Positions 48,206-60,513 of a stretch of DNA of 63,938 nucleotides are shown here, one piece after another (position 1 is the stretch's first letter; each line of letters opens with the position of its first letter). The stretch is from Octopus bimaculoides. Taxonomy: Eukaryota. The DNA is taken from the NCBI RefSeq assembly GCF_001194135.2, contig NC_068997.1, positions 36,671,815 through 36,735,752 of the forward strand, read 5' to 3'. Under the pieces are notes generated by a model, which was not told the DNA's origin, searched no databases, and saw nothing but the letters and a program-made list of their open reading frames with translations. A program made the position numbers and the translations under genes.

Positions 48206-51200
48206 TGTTGTGTCGACGCCCCCAGATGATGAAATAGGCTAGCCCAATACGTAGATATAGAGGGAGAAGTCTAGACGTCAGGGTAGTTGAGTAGAGGTCA
48301 TCCGAACGTGCAACATAACAGTGGCAACGAGGACTTCATAGCTCACACACCGAAATGGAAGAGTTACAGAAAGCAGTTGTAAAACAACAAGAGCAGCAGC
48401 AGCAACTACAGAAGTTAACAGAATTGTTACTGCAGTCGAGAAATACAACAGAATCATTTTCAGTAGATGGTATTGCAAATTCCATCGAAGAATTTCACTA
48501 CAATCGGGATGAAGGAACTACTTTTCCTGTATATTACAGATTATATGAAAACATATTCCGAGAGGAATGCAAGGGATGGTCTAGTGAAAGGAAGGTAAGG
48601 CTCCGTTTGCGAAAGCTTGCTACTCTGGAACACGAAAGTTTTTGTAACTTTATTTTGCCGAGAAAGCCCGCGGAATTGTGTTTTGAGGAAACGATAAATA
48701 TTTCGATGAATATTTTTAGCGAGAAAAGTTCACAGTTTAACATTCGATGGGAATGTTTAAACTTAAAGAAAAACGAGTCCGATGATTTTGTGACATATGC
48801 TGGCATGGTTAACAAGGCTTGCGAAAGGTTCAAGCTGGAAGAATTAATGCCAGATATGTTCAAGTGCCTAATAATTTAAAGATAAAACCTGTTTTAAGTG
48901 TGGTAAAATTGAACATATACAGACGAAATGCCGGTCAAAGAAAATGGTAAAACAGAAGAAAGTCTACTCAATAAAAGTAAAATATACCAAACAAAACTGA
49001 AAATTTGTGTTGGTAGAAATAAATGGGTTTCAGACCAAAATGCAATTAGATACCGGTTCAGACGTATCAATAATGAATACGGCAACATGGAGTAAGATAA
49101 ACAGGTCATTGTATAAAAAAAATACTAGAATAGTCCATGGTGTGTCAGGGGAACGAGTTTAATTCTTGGGCGAAATTTCACCAGAAATAAAACTTAAAAA
49201 CAGGACGCAGAAATGTAAACTAATGGTATCTAAGAATACAATGAATCTGTTCGGGACATTTAATGGAAGGATTTGACCTGTGGGATCTATCACTAAATAC
49301 ATTATGTAACAAGGTGAATGCGTCACAGTCCGTATCAGAGAAAACATCGGAAAAAATGAAATTAAAATTGAAAAAGATGTACCTTGATATTTTTTCGAAA
49401 GAGCTCGGTATGTATAAAAAAATTAAAAATTTGAGTTGAAAGAAAATGTGGTGCTGGTGTTCAAACCGAAAAGGAATGTACCTTTTGCGGCGTTAAATCA
49501 AGTTATGAAGGAATTAAAAAGATTGGAAGACATGGAAGTAATTGAAAAAGTAGACTACTCTGAGTGGGCGGCTCCTACGGTGTATATAAAAAAGAAAAAT
49601 AATGAGGTAAGAGTATGTGCAGACTTCTCAACTGGGCTGAATGACTGTTTAAAAAAGTATAATTATCCGCTGAGGAAGTATGTGCCAAGTGCAATGGGGG
49701 GAAAATTTTTTCCAAGCTGGATTTGTCTGAGGCCTACCTCCAATTACAGGTAGACGAAGAATGTGCTAAAGTATTAACAATTAAGACTCATAAAGGTCTG
49801 TACCTTTTCAAAAGACTGCCATTTGGGGCAAAGGTCGCACCAGCAATATTTCAGCAAGTAATGGATACTATGCCAGCAGATTGTGAGTTCGTGGTCCCAT
49901 ACTTGGATGACATATTGATCAAAAGTGAATCAAGGGACCAACATATTGAACATATAGAAGAGGTTTTCAAACGAATATGTGATTACAGGTTTAAAGTAAG
50001 GGAGGATAAATGTGAATTTTTCTTCACAGAAATAAACTACTTAGGACAGGTGATCGATGAAAACGGATGAAAACCAGACCCTTCTTGGATCAACGCGATA
50101 AAAAAAAATGCCTGCTCCCACTAACAAAACAACACTACAAACATTTTTAGGTTTGGTAAGTTATTACCAGTTTGTACATACCTAAAATGTATGAGCTAAG
50201 AGCTCCGTTGAACAAATTACTAAAGAAGGACTCGAAATGGAGCTGGACAAACGAATGTCAGAAATCATTCGAGGAACTAAAAAAGCGGTTAACTTCAGAG
50301 TTATCATTAACTCATTTCAACCCAAAATTGAAAATAATTGTGTCATCAGACGCCAGCGAATATTGCATAAATTTAATGATAGTAAAATCAAAGCTATTGC
50401 ACATGCATCGAGAGTTCTGTTACTAGCGGAAAGAAACTACAGCCAGATTGAAAAAGAGGTGTTATCATTAATCTTCGCAGTTAAAAAATTCCATAAATTC
50501 TTACATGGGAGGAAGTTTACATTGCAAACGGATCACCGACCGTTATTGTCTATTTCTGGTTCGAAAAAGGGTATCCCCATGCACTCAGCAAACCGCTTAC
50601 AGCGCTGGGAGACTACTCTGTTGAACTACAATTTCCAGATGGAGTGTTTGCCATCAATGAAAATGGGACATGCAGATGGATTGTCTAGGCTAATGCCAAA
50701 ATACGAGGAAACTTTTGAAGACACGGTGATTGCATCGTTAAAACTAGAAATGGAACTAAAGAATATTTTGTGCAATGTAGTACGTGATTTGCCGGTAACG
50801 CTGGAAGAAATTAAATTGAAATCAGGAAATGATAGGTTCATAAATAAGATTTTAAAAATGTTGAGTAACAAAAAATATAAATGAGCGGGACGTAGGTTTG
50901 AAGCACTATTCAGTATGTGATGAAGTATTATTATACGCGCAAAGAGTGGTAATACCTGAAGCACTGCAAAGCAGAGTATTAAAAGACTTTCAGGTAGGAC
51001 ATCCAGGGATTGTCCGGATGAAGAGCCTTATGCGAAGTTACGTTTATTGGCTGAATATGGACAAGCAAATTGAGAGACTGGTAAAACAGTGTAGGGGGTG
51101 CGCTATGGCAGCAAAGGCGCCCCCAGTGCAGATTCAGCCATGGCTAAAAACGGATTCAGCATAGTCTAGACTACATGTGGATTTCGCAGGACCAATGAAT

Positions 51201-52169
51201 GACTCTCATTATATCTTTGTGGTGGATAGCTATTCCAAATGGCCTGAAGTGTGTAAATGTTCAAGGCCAACCACAAGTGTGACCATTGACTTCTTGGAAG
51301 AACTGTTCGCTCATTATGGAGTGCCAGATACAATCATGTCAGATAATGGTACACAATTCACGGCGAAGGAGTTTGAAAAATTCTGTAAGTCGGTTCAGAT
51401 GAAGCATGTGTTAACTCCACCATACCATCCAAGGTCAAATGGGTTAGTAGAAAGATTCATCGACACATTCAAGAGAGCCTTAAGGAAGACCAGACGAAAA
51501 ATCCTTCAAGATATAAATATGACAAAGTTTTTGCAGGTGTATAGAATAACACCGAATCCAAATGCAGAGTTGGGTAGGTCACCTGATGTTTTCCAGAAAA
51601 ATTCGTTCTATTTTTGACAAATAGTTGCCGAGCAGGAAACAGAAAATAGAAAATTCCGGAAGAAAAACGAAATTTTTTAACACAGGTGACAAAGTGTATT
51701 TTAAAATATATAGTAACGGAAAACAGGACTGGGAACAAGGAAGTATAACTGGACGTCTGGGTAACGTGATGTACATGGTAAAAGGACCAAAATATGAACA
51801 CAGAAGGCATTTAAACCAATTAAAAAAAAGATATACCAAAAACCAAGAGAGGCGAGAAGAATCAATGGATTTATGGTATGATTTGTTCAGGGTCCCAAAA
51901 CCACAAGCAAAAGCAGAACTGACACGTAGATCGAACAGGAAGAGAAAACCTCCAGAAATGATGGAAATTAACACTAAGAGAGAAAGATACGCCAGTTTCT
52001 CACTGAGGAAATAAAATTGATAAATTTGGGTTTAAAAAACTCAAAAGGGGGAGGTGTTGTGTCGACACCCCCAGACGATGAAGTAGGCTAGCCCAATACA
52101 TAGATATAGAGAGAGAAGTCTAGATGTTGGGGTAGTTGAGTAGAGGTCATCCAATCGTGCAATACAACA
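48206..52169 (+). mobile_element. Ty3/Gypsy LTR retrotransposon with 115-bp LTRs, degenerate
   Basis: LTRs 48206-48320 and 52055-52169 (12 mismatches by hand); TSD TAAAC; PBS TGGCAACGAGGA; PPT aaaagggggagg. Zinc knuckle CFKCGKIEHIQTKC, RT PYLDDILI, integrase HVDFAGP/SDNGTQF/SNGLVERF. Confidence 0.95.
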
Positions 52170-53833
52170 TAAACAGAGGATTTAAATGTGAGCTTTTATA
52201 AATTTCATGCTCAGATGGTACAATGATCTTTAACAGACATGAGTGAGACATGTACTATACTGCAATCATTCATTAATCTGGTCTCTCATTGGATAGAATA
52301 CTTTTTTGTTGATCCTACCAATAGAAAAATAATATACTATATATAAAGGGTGTGTCAGTTTTTTGAGAACAGAGCTCTAACTTTCTTCTCACTTATTTTG
52401 CTACCTTATTTTTCAGACAAATAATGTCAGATATCAGGTTGGCTCATTTAATGTCAGAATAGATTTTTACAGAAAAAATAATGGCTTAAATATGAAGTTG
52501 ACTTATATTTATGCTGGACGGTATAATGCTTACTTTTTCTGTATAAATTTACTAAAACCATCAAATGGTTAACTACTTTTTGAAGTCTGATGTTCATGCT
52601 GGTAAACACAGTCCAGGCTATATTTTACATTGCTTGGAGTTTCTACCTATCACAATGGAGCACCATTGACATACATAATGATATGGACGCACCTGGCTGA
52701 AAAAAATGTAATGATATGGATAATATTGATTGTATGTTTTTATTTTTGTCTGTTTATTACTAGGCAGAGTTTTAAGTTTGTCGTACTGTTTACGCCAATT
52801 TCAAACATTGGCTCTATTGCCACGTTTAAATGCATATTCAACATACTTAATTTCTCCTTCACAGTAAACGATTCATAAGTTCTGTCCATACTAACAATAA
52901 TAGTAATGACAAATTTTTAAGTTTGCTTGACATTTTATAAGTGTGAAAGGGATTAAAATTTCAATCCTCCATATCAAAGGTTCCGACAAGAATAGGTGGA
53001 AAAAAATTTCTGTTTACATAATCAGTTTGATCGGTCACCTTCCTCTGTCAGTTGAATGAAGTATCATCCAAGCTGATATTTATTGGTAATTAAACTTAAT
53101 TTGCAACACCTGTACGTATTTATCAACCTTGCTTTTGTTGATAATTCTTATCAACAACTTTTCCTGTGATTGTGATTTGAGAAGACATACAGCAGTATGC
53201 TAAAGATCAGACATAATCTCTTGTGGGCAAGAAATGTAAAATAAAGTTTATTATAGACAACACAAACACTTTGTAAATAGCTTTCAATGTGATACCTGTT
53301 AAACAAAAATTATTTTTATTTAATGAAAATTTAATAAAATCTAATCATAAGTAAGTGAAATTATGCTAAATACAACTAAATTGAAAACCTTTTTTCCCTG
53401 GCTTATATCAGCAATTCTGAAAACTTTTGGGTGTGAATTTTACATGAGCAGAGGCTTTGTTTAAAAAATTTTATCCTGAAAATCACTTGCGTAAATTACA
53501 CAGATGCGCAATTTACATGGGTTTTTACAGTAATATAAATATATTATAATCCTACACAATTATTTTGATTCAGACCCAATAATGAATTTATAAAAATTTA
53601 TGTTTATGGGTAAGAATCTCGTCAGGGAAATATTTGACAAAAATTATGAGGACAGGTGAAGGAGGGAGGATGCTGAAAACCGGGTAAGGTGGTGAGATGG
53701 TGTGAGAGTGGTTGCTGTAGGAATGAGGTAGATCCGGCCAAATTCCATGAATGGGAACAAACCCGGATTCAAAATATTGGACAAGAAGAAAGGACTGTTA
53801 GATCCTATAACAGACTGAATTTGTTTTCGTATA

Positions 53834-53891
<58 letters not shown>

Positions 53892-54639
53892 GAGACAAAC
53901 ACACATACATATATATTTATATGGAGCACAAAAAATATAAAATGAAATATGAAGATAGAAGCTGGTGTACCCAGTAATTCCCTGGGGTAAAGATGTTCTA
54001 TTGAAATGCCTTATCACTCTGATATAAGAAAGCAATTTCGTTATAACTGCCACAAAAGGTGTATTTTCCCTCACAAAAAAGTACAAAAAACTGTCAGCTG
54101 GAGGAGGGAGAGATTGTTGGAGGTTGGCGAGAAAGTACTCTGACTCATCGTGGCATTTTAAAGGTGAACTTTATGAAGGCTAATTTATTAAAGGTAATAT
54201 ATAAATGTAGTATATATGTATATAAATATATGAATGAAGTGTTTAATGTTTAAGAATGCACTGATAGTCGTTCTCAGTAACTGCCTTTAGCTTATGGAGT
54301 TCTTGTTTTTATAACTAATAAAAAGCAGCCAGAAGGATAGACATATTGTTGAGAACAAATGATTTCGTTGGAGGTCTGTTATCTCCATTCCAGCCCTTGG
54401 TGGCTTAGAAGAGGTTAGAAGAATCAAGTGGCAAAGACATAATTATGCTTAGCAAAGGCATCCGGGAAATGTGTAACTGCTGTCATTCACAGAAAAACTA
54501 TTGTTTTACTGTGAGAAAAGCACTGTTGAAGTGTTAAGTGAAATTTGGCAATCAAGGATCGAATCCACGCTATGCCTGCATGAAGCCACTACAAATACGT
54601 TGTGGAATAAAAATTTATCTACTGTAATGGAAAAAGTGT

Positions 54640-55685
54640 AACTGTAAAAATGCAGAATTATCGGAGTAATGGGCATTCAATAAAGTATGTTTGTATAGAA
54701 ATGTATGAATGAAGTCTATAAGGTTTAAGATTCAAATGAAGGAAGTGCGATACTGTTTAGGAGTTCATAACTGAGTAGGGAAATGCAGAATTAGGTTGGC
54801 TGATCATGAGAATCAAATATTGATTGCTTCACTAAAAACTGCAGGTGGTATGGGTTATTTCCCTTGGGTTTAAATAAAACATTAGTAATATGTAGTAGAT
54901 AGAAGGATCCATTGGAGGGACCCTATTATTAATATTTTTCAATAATCTAAGTATGTCATGGGGTTTCCAGACATGAGTTCTACTCACGTGTCAAATAAAG
55001 TATAAAAGTGATATTGTCTGCAAAAATTAGAAATTGGACACACAAAATATCAATATTCAAAGTAATCGAACATAAACAATGAAACCTGTAAAATATTTCT
55101 AAATTCGATGGCTCAATTAGTTTCATGAAAATGTATGGACTGTAAATAAGCAATAAATATTATGATTTGTAAAATAAGTATAAATGATATGGGGTGTCCC
55201 AACTGAATGTGGAGTGGAAGTTTGGTTTCATTTTTTAAGAATTTTAAGCATTCAAAGTATGAGTTCATTGTATTGGGACACACTTATTAAATACGTTCTG
55301 GAATCAAAAAATTTATGTAATGTCATCGAAATATTTTAACTGGGAAAATGCAGAATTATCGGAGTTATGGACATTGAAAGTGTGCATGCATCAAGAAAGT
55401 GCAATAAGGTTTATCAGTTGAAAACTGTGAGTAGTGAAATGCAGAATTAGGTCTGCTGATCATGAGAATCAAATATTGATTGCTTCACTAAAAAGTAACA
55501 ACTGTAAGTACAGGTGCAATGGGTTATTTCCCTTGAGTGTTTAAAAATATATTGTGCAGCTGCTATGGGTTATTTCCCTTGGGTGTTTAAAAAAAATTAG
55601 TTACATGTGATAGATACAAAGATCCCTTCCAAGGCCGTATTATCGATTTTTTCAACAATCTAAGTATGTCATGAGGTTTCCAGAA
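54640..55685 (+). repeat. Diverged direct repeat, about 330 bp (54640-54970 and 55340-55685)
   Basis: Shared gaaatgcagaatta..gctgatcatgagaatcaaatattgattgcttcactaaaaa..gggttatttcccttg..aatctaagtatgtcatg..gtttccaga. Confidence 0.85.
55188..55286. mobile_element. Small Tc1/mariner-like MITE
   Basis: ggggtgtcccaa / ttgggacacac terminal inverted repeats. Confidence 0.45.
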
Positions 55686-55688
55686 TAC

Positions 55689-55761
55689 AACACACAGCTT
55701 GGACTGAGAATCAAACTCACAACCTCATGATTGTAAGCCCAACATTCTAACCACTGAGCCA
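55689..55761 (-). mobile_element. tRNA-like SINE head
   Basis: RC TGGCTCAGTGG (A box) ... GAGTTTGATTC (B-box-like); no tRNA acceptor-stem closure. Confidence 0.55.
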
Positions 55762-55829
55762 ATGGTTTTTTTTTATAATGAAATTTTATATAAATACCTT
55801 TCAGTGTAGATTACAATTATAAAGAAATT

Positions 55830-56318
55830 TGTGGAGAAAATCTTTTCTGACGGGGTGGGGAGAGAACTTCGGAAAATTCACAAGATCCGATGTTTTTCCC
55901 TTGTAACTTTCAGGGAAATGGATATCTTTCTCAGACAACTCCAAATGAAGTGCAAAGTGCAAAACAAAGGACTTTACATCACCTTTGTCAACCTCACCAA
56001 ACCATTTGACACTATAACCAAAAAGATTTGTCAAATCCTGGAACATCAAGGATGTCCTCCCAAATTCCTGAAGATGACCATCCAACTGTATGAAAATTAT
56101 GAGAGTCAGTCAGATGAAACAACCTTTCTAAGCACTTCTCTTTTGGCAACAACGTGAAGTGAAGCTGCATCCATGCATTTTCACTATTTCCTTCAGTATG
56201 ATGCTCCAGCAGACCATTGAAGACCCTGATGACGAAGATGGCAGCTTCTTCAACCTGAGGTGCCTGCAAGCTTACACTAAAACTCTGGAATATATATACA
56301 GATATATGAACACACACA

Positions 56319-56378
<60 letters not shown>

Positions 56379-56410
56379 TCTGCTAGTGCACACACTGCTG
56401 CACTTGCTTC
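55830..56410 (+). mobile_element. RTE (BovB-like) RT fragment
   Basis: LYITFVNLTKPFDT, GCPPKFLKM..QLYE, DGSFFNLR. Confidence 0.75.
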
Positions 56411-56417
56411 TATATCT

Positions 56418-57181
56418 CAGACACCACCATCCTCATCCCTATCATATCACTGACTCCTTTACCTGCACATCTAGCAATGTTGTTTACTGCATCTCCTGCT
56501 CTTTCTGCATTTCTCTGTACATCAGTCAAGCAGGACGCCACTTGGCTGACTGGTTCATGGAGCACCTCCAAGACATCAGACTCGGCAATGACACCCCGGT
56601 CTAGCGCCATTTCCGCTTTACCGATCATTCATTACAACACTTGTCTGTGTTTGGATTGTCTTTGCACAGGGACTCCTGCCTTCGCCATAAACAGGAATTA
56701 ATCTCTCTTCATTCCTTTCCACCACATGGGCCCAATTCCCCTCCTCTCCTCACTCCTAACCACCTCCTCTCTTCACTCCAACCCATCTTCTCTCTCCATT
56801 GATACCATCCCTCCTCCACTCACACCCTACCCCTACACTTCCACCCTTCCCACAAACATTAGTACTGACCACTTCCCAGCTCCCACACCACACGTTACAG
56901 ACGCACACATGTCAAAACACTAGCTCCTATCCACATGCACACATTTTCACATAGACACACACCATTTTGGGATCACCAATACTTTATTACCTCCCTTTCT
57001 TTCAACCTCTCCTGTCAACCCTTTTTTTATTCTCACTCTCTCTCTGTTTATTTTCTCTTATTCCTTTCTGTTGAAGAGCGTAGGCTCGAAACATAAAAGA
57101 CTTCCTCACTTTCCTAAGCGTCAAACTAATACACCTGCTTGTTCATACACCTGTCTTTGTCTTTTGATTTTCTGTAAATTT

Positions 57182-57183
<2 letters not shown>
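56418..57183 (+). mobile_element. Penelope-like (Neptune-like) 3' end: GIY-YIG, pyrimidine-rich UTR and HHR
   Basis: FTCTSSNVVYCISCSFCISLYISQAGRHLADWFMEHL; HHR motif at 57063-57100; (TA)n follows. Confidence 0.85.
57063..57100 (+). ncRNA. Minimal hammerhead motif (CUGUUGA variant), stem III mutated
   Basis: CTTT-CTGTTGA-A-GAGC gtag GCTC-GAAA-cata-AAAG. Confidence 0.55.
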
Positions 57184-57263
<80 letters not shown>

Positions 57264-57359
57264 CTTATATACACACATACAGGTATCTGACGTGGCTTTT
57301 TAAACCAATGTTTTGAAAAGACGCCCACATAAATTGCATATCTGCTTTGGACAACCAAA

Positions 57360-58190
57360 AGCTACAGTTATGTGCTGGTCTCTGTGGATTTTAAAATGTC
57401 TTTTGAGTCCTCCATTAGATTTGCAGACCTTATGGCATACACAGATAAATAGGTGGAGTAGTTAGTGGAGGTTCACATATCATGTGCACAAAAAGGTTGT
57501 TGGGATTCATTTTCTCCTTGATCATAGCATTTTTCTTTAAATTTCTTTTGAGTTTTGCATGGGTCATCTTGGTTTCTTCAAAAACTTTCACTTCACTCTA
57601 CACTTTTGTTCACCATCCAGTTCGATCTGAAGCAAGTGTTTCTATGGCCTTTGGATCCATTCCAAGTGACTTCATGTTAGTCCTTATACAGTCCTTAAAC
57701 CTCTTTTTAGGTTTACACTGGTTGCGTTACCCTTTTGCAAGTTCACCATAAAACAACTGTTTGGGTGTGTGTTCATCCGCCATTTGAACAATGTGGCCAG
57801 ACCATCTCATTTGAATTTTCAAGATCATTGATTTAAGTGAACTGATGCCTGCAGATGCAAGAACATCTGTGTCAAGAACAAACAAGTCCCATTTAATGTT
57901 TAAAATGCCACAAAGGTATTTTGGGTGGAATTGTTTTAACAATTTGAGATGTCTTTCATAACAGGTCCATGTTTTAGATGAATACAGCAGGGATGGTAAG
58001 CCGAGCGATTTGTAAAGAGCCAATTTTGTGTTGTTATTTATATGGCGTTAGTGCCAAACACATGGCTCCAAACCACCAAATGTTTAGGTTGCTCTTTAAA
58101 TTTGCAGATGTATTTCTGCGTCCAGATTTCTATCATTTTGTACAGTTTCCAAGGTAGATGAAAAGTTAATAACCTCAAGTAAATTACCCT
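57360..58190 (-). mobile_element. RTE (BovB-like) C-terminal fragment
   Basis: LPSLLYSSKTWTCYERHLKLLKQFH..ILNIKW..QMRWSGHIVQM..PKQLFYGEL. Confidence 0.85.
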
Positions 58191-58214
58191 TAATGAAAAG
58201 GTTTTTTTAGACTA

Positions 58215-58385
58215 TTCAATTCTTTTTCTCCGTGTTTTTCTCCTTGTTTTCTCCGTATTCTTTCTGTTGAAGAGCGTAGCTCGAAACGTTAAAGACTTTC
58301 TGTATTCCCGAGCGTCAAACTAATACATCCTTTTGTTGTTTACACCACCTGTCCTCGTCTGTTGTTGTTTTTTATCGTACATTCT

Positions 58386-58390
<5 letters not shown>
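58215..58390 (+). mobile_element. Solo pLTR or non-autonomous HHR-bearing repeat of the 57000-57183 family
   Basis: Shares ctgttgaagagcgtagctcgaaac..aaagact..gagcgtcaaactaataca..cacctgtc; followed by (TA)n; no ORF. Confidence 0.75.
58259..58295 (+). ncRNA. Minimal hammerhead motif (CUGUUGA variant)
   Basis: TCTTT-CTGTTGA-A-GAGC gta GCTC-GAAA-CG T T-AAAGA; 5-bp stem I, loopless stem III. Confidence 0.65.
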
Positions 58391-58424
<34 letters not shown>

Positions 58425-59107
58425 TTTATAATAATCTGCCTGTCATTATGCTACTTAGCCTGTCAGTAACACTTTCATGTGATTAGAGAAAGAGGGAGAG
58501 AGAAAAAGAGGGTAAGATGAAGAGTGAGGCAGAAAGAAAAAAAGGGACAGAGAAGCATCCATGACATGTGGTAGGGGTATTACATGGTTAAAAAAGTTAG
58601 TTGAAGGTAGTGATATAGAGGAAAGTTAGAAATATAATTTTAGGGTGATGTTCTGATGGTGAGATTAAAGAAAGGCGCAGAGAGATGATGGTGGTGGTGG
58701 TGAGTGCATAGTGAAAAGTAATTTTTAAAAAATTGAACTACCATAATAGTCGATCTCATGTAAAAGTCGACCCACTATTTTTGGCCAAAAGATTGGGTAT
58801 TTTCCATAGATCCCATATGAAAGTTGACCCTAGTATTTCACAAACAATAGGATAACATTTGTGGGTCAAGGTACCATATTATCCTGTATGTAGAAATAGC
58901 ACTGTTACAAAATTGTGTGGCTACCTTACTGTAGCCTGCTCCATAGGTAGAATGCTTGGTGCTTATAATGGAATGTTTGGTACTTATAGTAAAATACCAT
59001 TCAATAGTGAGCACTACACATCTGTTGGTGGGTGCTACTTTACCATTACTAAAATGTATGCACAGGATATGCTGCAAGCCTGCATACATCTTGAAGCACA
59101 CTAAACA

Positions 59108-59230
59108 CGTGTCGAGCTGGTAGAATCGTTAGCACGCTGTGTGAAATGCTAAGCAGTATTTCATCTGCAATTATGTTCTGAGTTCAAATTCTGCCGAGGT
59201 CAACTTTGCCTCTAATCCTTTCAGAGTTGA
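59108..59230 (+). mobile_element. SINE family B, 5' part
   Basis: gagctggtagaatcgttagcacg..gagttcaaattctgccgaggtc. Confidence 0.8.
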
Positions 59231-59350
59231 TTAAGTGAACTGATGCCTGCAGATGCAAGAACATCTGTGTCAGGAACAAACAAGTCCCATTTAATGTTTA
59301 AAATGCGACAAAGGTATTTTGGGTGGAATTGTTCTAACAATTTGAGATGT

Positions 59351-59930
59351 TACACCAGGCACCAATCTGATCTGGCAAATTATCTACAGCTGGATGCCCT
59401 TCCTAACTCCAACCACTCCAAGAGTGTAGTGAGTGCTTTTTATGTGCCACTGGCACGAGGGCCAGTCAGGCGACACTGGCATCGACCACACTCGAATGGT
59501 GCTTTTTACATGCCACTGGTACAGGACCAGTCAGGTGGCACTGGCAATGATCACACTCGAATGGTGCTTTTTATGTGCCACTGGCATGGGTGCCAATCAG
59601 GCGGTACTGTCATCGGCTACGACAATGACTTCACTAGACTCAACAGGTCTTTGCAAGCGCAGTCTATTGCCCAATGATTGAAATGTGCTCTTAAATGGGC
59701 CAGTTACACTGTACTAGCGTAGGCCATGGTTACGGTCTCACTTAGCTTGCCAGGTCTTCTCAAGCACAGCATATCTCCAAAGACCTCAGTCACTTGTCAT
59801 CACCTTTGTGAAGCCCGTTTGAAGGTCATGTCTCACCACCTCATCCTGGGTCTTCCTCTTCCACAGGTTTCCTCTACTGCTAGAGTATGCCACTTTTTCC
59901 CTCTACAGGTTTCCTCTACTGCTAGGGTGT
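59351..59930 (-). mobile_element. RTE 3' UTR and ORF end fragment
   Basis: ggatgcccttcctaactccaaccactc and tandem units; RC of GRPRMRW-like sequence. Confidence 0.8.
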
Positions 59931-60513
59931 GACACTGTATATGCATGTATAAATATATGTATACATAAATAATCTAATGTGTGCATTTCTCTCTCTTTTA
60001 CTATCTCCTTTCCATGTCCCTCACTATACATATTCATCATCCTAACCTAGTAGCCAACTTACTGCTCTGATCATATATATTGAAATTTCTCATCAATTGA
60101 TTCATATTTTGAAATATCTTACCTGAAGGAAGTCTTATGTAATAGATGCATTTCCTACTATATTAAACAGACCTGAAATGTACATATTAAATGATTGCAA
60201 AATATCACTATTTGGGTTGACGTTATTATTACAATGTATACGACTTGATATTAGTACAAGCTAGCTGGTCCAGGCAGTTAGTTAGCATCAAGCATGTTCA
60301 GGACTAATGTAGAAGACATAAGGCAGATGATACTTGATCAACAAAGTTTATTAATGGACATATGCTATACACTTCATCCCATATCAAATTTGATGGAGAT
60401 TTTGATAACTGCAACTATACAACTCATGGTTTAGCAATGAAGATTGCTAATTATGTGATTATAAATTGATAGGTGTAGGGAATGGGGAATGTAAATCTGC
60501 CCTACATGTTTCC

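Noticed and set aside
54300-54620. Cys-rich frames reminiscent of a piggyBac C-terminal domain
   Set aside because: Requires frameshifts, and no DDD core is visible
60115-60190. ctgaagg..agtct..agacct-gaaa
   Set aside because: The core deviates (A9G) and no stem I is evident
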